NCBI GenBank assembly: GCA_964187785.1
Contig: OZ076409.1
Location: forward strand, 43,588,001-43,652,000
Length of the DNA: 64,000 bases
Reading direction: 5' to 3'
DNA from: Amphiscolops sp. MND2022
Lineage: Eukaryota
The translations under genes and the position numbers were made by a program. The notes beneath the pieces are model-generated. The model saw only the letters and a program-made list of their open reading frames with translations. It had not been told where the DNA came from and made no database searches. Below, one piece after another: positions 52,851-64,000 of this stretch. Within the stretch, counting starts at the first letter, position 1. Every line of letters starts with the position of its first letter.

Positions 52851-53476
52851 AAAACAAGCCGGGAACGGCATACTTAAGGCTCAAAAATTGCAAAAGGACT
52901 TCGACGTGTCCAGTATTTTTTTCGATAGTACCCGAAAAACCCAAAGGGGGACAAAACTGGCGCGCCGGGGCCCCGCTAGCTCGGGCCCCTGGCGCGCTAA
53001 AAGGGGGACCTTTGGAATTTGTTAACATCCCATTCTGTTGCAAAACAAATTGAAGGGGGACCCTTTAGAGACATTGAAAAATTTTTGAAAAAAAATGGAA
53101 AATAAAAATTTTGAACTTATTAGTGCCGAAAAGTCTCATAGTGCCAAAAAATGTGAAAAGAGGCCCTTTGGGATTTTTCGACATCCATTCAGTCGCAAAA
53201 GATCGAAAAATTGAAGATAGGCCTTATGGAGACATTTAAAAAATTTTCCAAAAAAAGTCTCACAGCCCCGAAAATAATTGAAAGGGACCCTTTCGTCTCG
53301 TCCGGTTTTGTATGTTAAGCTAAAAAAGGAACAACTACTATAGTTCAGTTCTTTGGGCCAAATGGTACAAATTGGCGTCTTAAAATTTTGTAGAATTATT
53401 TTGGTCAGTTCGCGTGGATTGAAAAAAAGAGTCACCATTATAGTTGAGTTTTACTTCATGAAGCGCCGACTAAAAA
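52851..53476 (-). mobile_element. HINE/DINE-1-like repeat, copy 2
   Basis: AAAACAAGCC ... CATGAAGCGCCGACTAAAAA, homologous to and co-oriented with 48723-49318. Further fragments at ~46577 and ~48430-48600. Confidence 0.65.
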
Positions 53477-54464
53477 CCAATTTTCATGAAGGTTGTGTGA
53501 TAAATTGAGTTAGTTGAAATTTAGAGACTTTTAGAAATGTGCAAATCACCCACTTTATACTCATTTTACTTTTCACCATTCCCCAATATAAAACCTTTTC
53601 CTTCGAAAGCTTGAATGAGTAATATTTTCGTATCAACATATTCAACAAAAGTTTTACACGACTTGTTTTGCTTCTTCCGATACTTGAGCTATACTTCTGA
53701 TTTCGGAAACTTACGATCAACATTGTCAGAGGTATGTTTTGTTCGGAATATAATTTTCAATCTACTTTCGCATTCATTCACTTCACTTTATTGAGAAACT
53801 TTCGTTACACTAGCTGATGAACAGGTGTAATTTCGTGATTACCTCTAGCAAATCAGTATTAAAAAGCACTTGAATATAGATGATGCTGAATTTTTGAGTG
53901 TTTGTTTCTGAGATTAGGAGTATTGTGTAAACACAAATTTTGGAAATCACCCTTCAGAAATAATGATCATCGAATTCAAAGAAAAAGTCACCATGGATCA
54001 CCTCAGGTCACAATATGAAAAATTCCAATCAAATTTGGATTCAACTATGATGAAATATTCAAATGTGCTATTCTTGAGAACTTTTCCCCACAAAATTTGG
54101 GGAAAAAAGTTTTCAAGTTGACAAAAGAAATTCTCTCCAGTCCTCCGATGCTTTTAACGAAAACTTCATCTCTTAGATCGCTACGAAGAGTTTCATTATA
54201 GAGTTTCTTTTTAAAGGTTTTTGGCAAATTCTTTTTTTGCCAAAGTTTTTCAAAAAAATACTCATTAGGTCGAGAAACTCTGTCGAAAACTCAAATGACG
54301 AATTCTATAAGTCAAAAAAGGTAGGAGACAAGATTCCATAGAGATAAAAAGCTAAAATGACCCTTATTCTTTTGCAGCACAACGTCACAGAGCGTTTTAA
54401 AACTCGTTTGAATGTTGAATAAGACTTCAAACAGTGTTACGAAAACTACTGAGATTTTCCTCAC

Positions 54465-57400
54465 TGTCGCAGGCTGCCGCATGTGACGGTACCAGGTTTA
54501 CGACTACGACTTCCGGGCAAGAGGCCGTACCCGGCACTTTACCGATATTTTAAAAAACTGTCATTAGGAATAAACTTTTGCCATATGTACTATTGCGCTT
54601 TTATGTTCTATACACAAGATTTATTAGTCTGTTAACATAAGCTTGCTATTTGAAATGCTGTAGATGTAAATTAATGCGAGAGCAAAATGTGAAAGTTGAC
54701 TGCAAAGCAATACGGAAACGAGTTCAAATGATTTTCCGTACCTTTGCGGCAATGTCGCTTAGTAGTACGATTTAACCAATCGCAAGCCTTCATTAGTGAA
54801 GTGCAGTACAATTATTTGCCGGTTATTGCTGTTTGCCTGAGATTTGGTAATTCACTTGCGCTGTTTAAGTAAATGGCCGGTTCCGGCCGATTAAAGCAAT
54901 GCACTTTTAAAATGCTAATACTCAGTATGATAGATTATTGATGCATACTTGTTTAATATAACAGCTTTTAAAGGATGAAAAGGATTGTTAATGATGCTTT
55001 GAAGTGTTGATTCTTGGTTTATTATGATAGTAATGAAGATTGATCTCCGGTTCTATTTCGGTCTTTAATTACTTGATGATATTGAGTACGCCGGCCCTAT
55101 TAGGCCTATTTAATAATTATCCACCACATGTAAAGTGTTTCACCCATGTTCCACTTTGAATCTCACGTGCCACCACGTGCTCGAAACTGATATTACATAT
55201 TTTGAATATTTGTAACTCAGCAGTATTGTGATGATGACATGTTGACAACATGAAGTATTAACCAGGAATGTTCAGTATTTAGTTGTTTTGATATTTTGTT
55301 TTGACCGATGCTTTGATGTAGTAGTCCCATTAACCGCCAAAGTGAAAGCATTCACCGATGCTTCCTTTTGATCGACCATGTGACCAGTTAGGGTCACAAC
55401 CAACTTGTGATTTCTCTTAATTGAAAATGTAAAGAATGTGAGTGTCACTCTCTCGGCGGTATAAAAACCCACATCTCTCTTGGGAGAGACACTAATTTCC
55501 ATTTCTTACTTCGATAAAGATACAGTCAAATCAGTTCTTTGTTAGTTTTCCGAATATATAGATAACTCAAGTATTTATACTCGGATTCTTGATGCCTACG
55601 ACAAGAAAACAGAAAAAAGGCAAAAAAATCCAGAGGATTAGAGATACTCTGGGATAGTGAAAGTCTAGACGTAACGCTAGGTGAAAGGCATTCTGAAAGA
55701 GAGGAAAGTGCAAATAGTAACTCAGCAAGAAGACCAGAAAGTGTCACTAGTGATATGTTTGAAAACAATGCTGAAAACATTTACTTGAATAATGTTGAGG
55801 CTAGACCAGGTGTTAGTACCAGTCAGGATCAGAATTCAGAAAGCGTTAACTCTAACGCTGGGATCAACAAAATGTCGAGTGAACTTAACTCAAGGCTGTC
55901 TACGGAAATGGATGATATGATGAATAGTGTTAATATCCAAATTTAGAGGGCAATTAGCGATGCTATTAGCAATCAAGTATTGCCCCAGATACAAAACGCT
56001 TTAAAGGCCGGGTCATGCCACTTGACACAAAATCGATGGAACGTTCCGGTTGAGAGACCTGAACTAAATTCCGAAGATTGACGCAGTGAGAGGATTTAAG
56101 GCAACTCGAGAAGTGAGCCAGTCCGTTATTGTTTTATTGACAATCACCACGACCAGGCTTACGATACAGGAGAAAACGAATCTCCAATCCTAGTTCCCGA
56201 GTTTCTCACGGGACGAATCCTATCGCGAATTCATCTCAATCAACATGACGACGAACCTAATCCCTTACTCGACACAACGATCCCAGCACAAGAGAGAACC
56301 GCACCGGCTGCAGAATCAGACCCAATCAACAGACAAACTGACGTCTTGACAAGTATGCAGAATCGTCCGACAGCTCAGCAACTCACTATCCGACCGGTCA
56401 ACTCTAATACAATGACCTTTGACGGCAACAGTGAAAAATTCGAGCTGTTCGAAGATCTTTCCCATACAATGATCAAGATGCAGCCTGAGATGTCTGAGCA
56501 GATGAAGATCAACCACTTCCACTCACGTTTGATGAAGAATGCGTTGCAGACATTCAAAAACATTAGCACAGCCAATAGACAAATTCTTGAAGACGTATTA
56601 ATCATTTCTAGACGAAAATACGTCAAGCCTGAGTCACAAGCGACTGCTAAACACAAATGGCACCGCTTGGTTTTTGACCCCAATACCATAACGTTACAAG
56701 ACTTCCTTGAGGAATTGAATCAAGGCGCAGAAGAAGCGTTCGAAGACAACGCCCAAAAAATGATTGACAGTCTCCTTCATGCAAAACTACCGCCGAAATT
56801 GAAAAGATCAGTCAACATGGCCAGATTAGAAAACGGCTCATATGACGAGATAGTTGCTCATTTAAAGAGAGAACTCGAACTTAAAGCCCTTGAGGAGTCA
56901 GATGACCTACCCATAGCAACGATGACCTCCTCATTTTTTAAGCCCAAATCCCCTCTCTCCACTAGGCGAACGTCAGACATTACCTGCAAATATTGCAATG
57001 AAAACGACTGTATGGTCAAGAACTGTGAAAAACTGAAAAAGAAAAAAGAGAAAGATGCCCAACAAGGCAAACCGACCCACAAAAAACTTATCCCAAAAGC
57101 GGGACTCCCCTAAACCTAAGCGCATCAGGCCCGAGGATTCATCTGATAATGATCCCGATTCAAAAGCTTCAAAACCCCACCATAACCCAACATCGTCCAA
57201 CTCGCAGTCTTCATCCAAGAAAGACGACTCAAAATACCAGCTTCGCCACGACTCCAATATAACCAATTAGTATCAGTCCGACAATACATCAGGTCGGATC
57301 CTCCAACAAAAACTTTTCATAACTATCAACAAAAATTAATGGGCTATCCCTCTGTTGTCTGGCAGCAACAGATGGAAAAAGTTACCATTATTACTTACAG

Positions 57401-60400
57401 CAACACTCATTTGTATCAAAAACCAATCCCTGTTCGGACCCTTGTTACACAACAACGTTCACTAACCGATTCAGGCCCATTCCTTTGATTGACGATTACA
57501 ACCCAACGTATATCGACCCAGATAATGGCAGAGACCCCTATTTGTACACTTCGATCTACAATCAGTAACTATTACAAATCCAATTTGCCCTAGATGACAT
57601 TGAACACTACCAAACAACAGTCCACGAAAACCCTCCAATAACACACGACAAGAAAACTCGAGCACTGATTGTAAATTGGCAAATGAATAATGGCACTAAT
57701 CATCCAGTGTTCCCAAACCCATTGGGAACCGAGACCCCTGGAACCTCTGAATAGACGCCTACAAAATCCCTATTGGATGAGAAACAATTCCAAAACGTCC
57801 TTATCACCAAAGACGGTGAACCAGACTGTATACCGCTATCGACTAATATCAACCTCAAATGTAAGAAGCGGAGGTTGTATTTCCCAATGGACTTTGGCGA
57901 ACTGACCATAGACGGCCTAATCGCCACTGGAGCTTAATCCAGTGCAATCCCTGAAATGGACCTCCGGAAAATCCGATTCTTATCCCCACAATCTGTCATC
58001 CGGGAAAGTCCGCCTCCAAATTTCTATATCATGGTCGCAAATGGACAATTAGAAACACCTAAAAGCACAATTGAACTTTTATTTGAGGTCGGAGACATCG
58101 AGTTCTATGAAATTTTCATAGTAATGGAATATTTGACAGGACCAATCATCGGACTAATGTTCCTACAGCGAAATCATACAGTACTGGATATGCGACAAGG
58201 AATTTTGAATTTCCCGTTCTTCTCTATGCAGCTAAAAAGAGCTGACCACCGATATTCCAGTGTTTCGGAACCAATCCTCAATCCAAAGGAAATAACCATT
58301 GCACCGAATGACAGAGTCCTAATTAGGACAAACTCCTTACTTTACCCTGGAAATGCTGTCACTGGAATAATGCAACCGAGCGACCTTTACCTTTTGCCCA
58401 GCTTTGGTCACTCTGAACGATGGCAATATATCGATACCTGTGAATAAATTCAGGGATCACTCCTATAAACTCAAAAAAGACTCCATATTGCTTGCTTCTC
58501 TGACATGACGCCAGAACAAATGAAATACGTCAAACAAGTTGATCCGGCATCGACATGGCATCTTTTAAAAGAACATGCATCCCATTATGTCAGTAGCCTC
58601 ATCAAGACCAATAAAAACCCTCAAAACTCTGAAAATTATTAGTTTCCAACTCCGGATAACACAGGCAACCCAGATGAGCACACTCCCATCGAGAGAAGGA
58701 TACTACGGGAGCTACAGGCCTTACAGGACCTAGAGACACTTGGCCCTACTAATGATGAAGATTGTAGAGCAAATTTCTTAGGAAACTTCGATTGGAAGGA
58801 TTCCACTCTCAGTCTTGATGAAAAACAGAAAATCGAAGAATTACTAGTGGAATTCCATGACATCTTTGCAAGACACCGATTCGACATAGGCATGAACGAG
58901 GAATTCAAAGTGAAACTGACGCCTAAAGATGATTCCCCAGCCTACAGTCAGAGCCTCTCAGCACCAATAAACTTGAAGGAGGACATCTTAGTCAAAATAG
59001 CCATGTTGCACAAATAAATCACTACGCTGCCTTTTTTGAAATACGCAGCCTAATTTCTGCCCAAAAGAAGCCAAATAGAAATTTTCGTCTACTAGTTGAC
59101 TTGAGAAAAATCAACAACCTCTTTTCGGACGATTACATAAACAACTATCATCCTGTTAGCACACTCGTCGATGCCGCCCAACACATGGCAGGCAAAAAAT
59201 TATTTTGCAAACTAGACTGTTCAGAGGCATATCCTTTCCTCCAGATGGCTGACCAACGATCTATTGAGATGTTGGCATTCAATTTTGCTAGTCGCACATT
59301 TGCCTACAGACGTTTGACACAAAGCCTCAGCCGGTCACTGTCCGCATTTTCGAGCTTTTTGAGGGAATATCTTGACAAAGTCCTTAAAGCGGATCAGTGT
59401 GCCCAATATGTTGACGATATCTGCATCGCAGCCAATGATGCTGATCACCTCATGGCCAACTTGAGAGCAACATTCAAATGCATTCAGGAAAAAGGCCTCA
59501 AACTGACGATGCACAAATGTCACTTTGTTGCTACAGAAACCACAAGGCGTCAAACCCCAGAAACAAAATGTACAGAACTTCCTTGAAAAAACCAAATTTC
59601 CAAAGTTTCCGAAAAAGGCTTTGCAATGTTATTTGGGATTTTCAAACTACTATAGAAACTACGTCCCAAGACTGTCCGAGCGCCTTGACCCATTCTATAA
59701 GACGCTGAAAAGCGACGAAAAGGTCCTAGTATCGAAAAAATTGGTTCAACAATTTGAAGAAATCAACGAAGGACTTGACAAATGCTGCGATCTGTCCTTA
59801 CAATAACCCATCCCGAATATACAAATCGCACTAATGACAGACGCGAGTTTTGGAGTAGCGGGATACGCAGTCTTAATTGAAGACGACCCGAACCAGAAAA
59901 TCACCTCACTCCAAAAATCATATGCACCGGTTGCTTATGGTTCAAAAACTTTCACCGCATCTCAGATAAAGATGTCCATCTACGCGAAAGAATTCCTTGC
60001 ACTCTATTTTGCATTCAAAGAGTTCGGGCAAAGTTTCTGGGGTGCACCGAAACCGGTCTTTATCCTAACTGACAACAAAGCCGTCACCCGGTTTTCCAAT
60101 TGAAAATTGTACCCCCAGCTCTGTGGAATGCTTGCGACGATGTAATACAATTGAATTTTGCCATAGCGCACCGCCCAGGAGCACAAAACATGGCAGCAGA
60201 TTACTTGTCCCGTCTGGAAGCTGACCCGAAGGACAAATTAGTTATGAAAATCAGTGAGGGCGTACAAACTGTCCCGGTTGAAATAAAGTTCCGTTCGGCA
60301 GGAGTCTCATAGGAAGAATAAATCCTTTACACAAACAATGACGATGAGACAGAAGAACAGTATTGGGCGAGAAAAGAAGCAATCGGGAAAAATCCCGCCA

Positions 60401-62291
60401 CAGAAGACCCCGCTGTAACAAAGCACACACTATCTACAAATGTGGTCAAACAACAACCCGAATTCCAAGCCCGGAAGACGAACCAGATATTTATTGAGCA
60501 ATCCAAAGATGCAGTACTCCAACAATTAAAGGCAAAAATTTTTCATGGAGATTATTCAGAAAACGTACTTCAACAGGACGCTCGAAACAGACATTATGCC
60601 AATAATCTAGAACGGATTCTAATCAAGGAAGAAATCCTGACCAGACAATACTTCGATGAAACAGGGAATGTAAAATACCATCAAATTCTACTCCCGCAGC
60701 ACTTGCTTCAGTCCCTTCATGAGACAGCACATGAGCACCCTGGAATATCAAAGATGTTACAGGAGATCAGACAAAGGTAATACTACCCCAGCATAGCGAA
60801 GCATGGTAAAAAGTGGGTAGAAGGGTGCGAACAATGCGTAAGAGACAAACGAGTCCCTGATGCAAGTATCACACCTGAACTACTTAACCTGCCGAAATGG
60901 GACCTTGGACCTGAGATCGCTATGCAAATCAACCTACTGCCGAATGTTCCCCCAAGTGGAGAATATGAAAATGTTCTAAATGCAATTGATGTTTTCTCTC
61001 AAAATCTGTTCGTTTATCATTTTACGGACGCATCAGCGATCAATGCGGCAAAAGTACTCATTGACATCATGACTAAACATGCATACCTACCAACAACGCT
61101 TGTTACCGACAAAGGAACAGCATTCACTTCCACGAATATTGCGGAAATTACGCAAAATTTGAGAATTACGCTCATATGTGCAACGACTAAACATCCGCAA
61201 ACAATCGGGAAATTGGAGCAAACATATGCATCAATAAAAACAAACCTGAAAATGGCATGTGGGGAATATCGCTGACTATGGCATAAATATTTGCCATTAG
61301 CAGTTCTGAATCACATGGATCACAATCTTGGAAACAACCCAAACGAGCAGATCACTCCCACAACTGAATTTGCAGAAAAAAACCAGAATCGGACAAAACT
61401 CCTAATTGGCAAAACAAAGCACAATAGAATGCAGTCTTACGTCAAATACAAGGAGTATTATGACCGCAAAGCGAAAGCAGCTCCACTCAAGGAAAACGAT
61501 TACTGTTTTGTATTGCAGCCGGAAGCAGATCATCAAGGATCAAAGATTCCGTTTAGAGATTAACTTTGGGTTGGACCATTTATAGTCCAAAAAAACTTTA
61601 CTTAACAAGAGTTACATTGTCCGCCGACTCAACAAAAATAAAACTCAAGTTTAGCATTGAATTCGCCTTGAAAAGTTTGTTACCTATCAGCCGCTAGTAC
61701 AATTTCCAAAAAGAGCGCGCACAGCCCGATGAAGAAATTATCATTCCGCAAGACGACTTGTATACAATATTGTGGGAAACGAACTTCGGTGAACAACTAA
61801 CTACGAGAGACAACGAGACTATTCCGACTAGCTTGCCGAATGCCGACCAGCCGATTACGGCAGATGCGAATTCAAATGACGCACACGAGGATGAAGCGGA
61901 ATATTTAATCACGACTGATAGTCCGAATGACATCAACGACCTGGCGCAACGACAAATTGGAAGAATGAAAAGTGATGTCAGCAACAGAAATAATGCTAGT
62001 GAAACTGCTAGATGTAAAAACTCTGATTGGCCGAATCCGGCCGTTTCCACCAAAAATAGAGCAAAGTTCTCGGCGAATCTGTCCGAAAGACAGGAAAAGG
62101 ATACAAACGTTTCGGAAAGACATTCCACTAATGAAAACGATGCACAAAATTCTCCAAAAGAGGGGGATGATGTTGTCGTTCCCGAAATATCCCAAAACGA
62201 TGATAGAAATGAAAGTCTGAGCCCTAGAGAAGGGAAATATAATCTCAGGCCTAACCCTAATCCTAACTACTCAGAAGATTTCAGATACTAA
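54465..62291 (+). mobile_element. Ty3/Gypsy element (Gypsy-B), degenerate gag-pol; 5' boundary tentative, 3' LTR not in the window
   Basis: gag MTFDGNSEKFELFEDL plus a CCHC-like motif; protease LI[D>A]TGA; RT KLDCSEAY..YVDDI; RNase H MTDAS; integrase HPGISKM..C..C and TDKG; terminal YNLRPNP. Confidence 0.93.
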
Positions 62292-62519
62292 GAAATGGAT
62301 TCTTCCCGAAAATGGGAATTCTGTTGTTTTTTATCTTTCATTTTTTGGTCCCCTTTTTAGTGTTTTGAATAAATAAGTGGGCACTTCAACAAGGATCCCG
62401 TTGCAGAGCGAATAAAAATGGGCTCAAGAAATCAAAACAAAAGAAAATAACAATCAATAAATACAAACAGAAAATGGACAAAGTTTACAGTTCAAGTGTA
62501 CATATATACATATGCACAG

Positions 62520-63960
62520 TTAGTCATTAGAACTGCCGGCACTGGGATCCACTAGAACAGAGGAAGAACTTGATAGGAAAAGGCGGCTCCTATCCATCCG
62601 CCTCCGCTTGCTGTCACTAGGCAGTTTAACAGCAGGTGCAACATTTACGTGCAACTTCAGTATCAACAATTGCAGCACTCTTAGCACACTCATCTGACCC
62701 AAAGATAGCAGAACGATGGGAAGACATAAGGGATTTGTAAATGGACGAGCGTCCAAAAGTGTCCACATATGTCCATGGGTCATAATCAGGGGTAAATCCA
62801 GACTGTCCAAACGAAGCTGGCTGAGAGAAAAGAGAATTTGTCGAGAATGACATCGGAACAACAGAGACCTAAGGAATCAGGAACCTCGGACAAATAACTC
62901 TGGCAGGGTAACACTACATCTGCTACTCGGGCCTTTGGTATCTTTTTTCCCATGACTACGGCTGGGTACTGAGGACTAGCGGAAATCAGGCATAAACAGC
63001 ATAGTTTGAAGAGGTAACAATTATGCTCATGTGAATGAAAGAACGCCAACTAAATTAGAAACTCTACAAGGTCAAGGGGTCCACTAGTAAGGCTAAAGTC
63101 AGAAGAATGGTTCGTCCGGAGGTAGTCCAAAATTGCTAGGTACTCATCCCTGCAGGAGGCCTCGTTTGTAGCCGAAACAAAGGAGCGTAGCTGAAAAGTC
63201 GAGTATAGATTGCCGAAATGACGAAGGGCCACCTCGGTGGGTCTCTTTAACATGATATGAGGGTCGAACGCTGCCAACCCTTTGACGATATCGGAACTGA
63301 GACCAGTGTGCTGAAGAACAACCCGCAGTAAATATTCGATGAATCTTTTAGCGCTGGTAACAAAGTCAGTCTTGGCCGCCTCAGCTGTCTTATCGATGGC
63401 CGCTTTGCTGGACTTTTTGTTGAAATTAAGCCCGGCAGCCTTCAAATTACTGGCAGCAGCCACCTCATTGGTCATCTTAAGTCGAATCAAGAACTCGTCT
63501 TCTTCCATGAAAATTTTCTCACTGGTCCTGTAGTCCAAATGGCGGAACCAAGCATTCTCGAGAGGGACTGTATCAGGGATTGTAGCCTCCCGTCTTTGTG
63601 CAAGATTGGTGGCAAAACTTGAAACGTCTGAAACATAGAACCAAGAGTCCAAAACCGGACAATCGACTGAAACGTTTTGAGATGTGGTATACTTACAATC
63701 ACTGACGAGGCGTTGGAAGAATTCTAGTCTGACAGCGAATAAATCGTCGGATATCAAGGACCACTCGAAACTTTGGACCTTGTTGTGGACCCCTTGGTTC
63801 TCTTGTCGGCGGGAATGGACCGTCAGATAGCGAAGGACTGCTTTCCACCGCTTGAGCAAGTCCTGGCATAGGTCAGGGAGTTTGTCAACTTCTAGCTTGC
63901 AGGTAGCTACAGCCTAAGCAGGTGTTATGACAAAAGGGCGGTCCTGTCTTTTTAATCCCT
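62520..63960 (-). pseudogene. Long antisense ORF downstream of the Gypsy-B pol; unknown function, weak hAT-transposase-like pattern
   Basis: 269-aa open stretch that continues after one stop and a frameshift. Patterns LLKRWKAVLRYL, F..YLL...L..GLAAFDP, LFKLCCLCL. Confidence 0.5.
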
Positions 63961-64000
63961 ATCCATCCCCTTCCGTTCTCACATCAAAGCAGAGCAAAGG

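Overview
This is eukaryotic (metazoan-type, AT-rich) DNA that is mostly a nested graveyard of decayed transposable elements. It holds four BEL/Pao LTR elements (one an RT-less derivative with 847-bp LTRs), two Ty3/Gypsy elements, a solo LTR, APE-type LINEs, CRE-like REL-type LINE fragments, a hAT element with TIRs and an 8-bp TSD, a Tc1/mariner-type MITE, HINE/DINE-1-like repeats and tRNA-derived repeats. The only intact host-type gene I can support is a divergent DEG/ENaC/ASIC channel subunit in a single coding exon (51320-52723). Most unusual: two different BEL/Pao elements each carry an extra sense ORF upstream of gag, and one has clear SGNH/GDSL hydrolase motifs (IADS / VG-ND / [D>Y]ATH). 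Also notable are a perfect palindrome with 114-bp arms abutting a second palindrome, an LTR pair with a homogenised core but diverged ends, and a long antisense ORF downstream of a Gypsy pol. No CRISPR array or prokaryotic operon is present. All family calls are from motif recognition by eye; no database searches were run.
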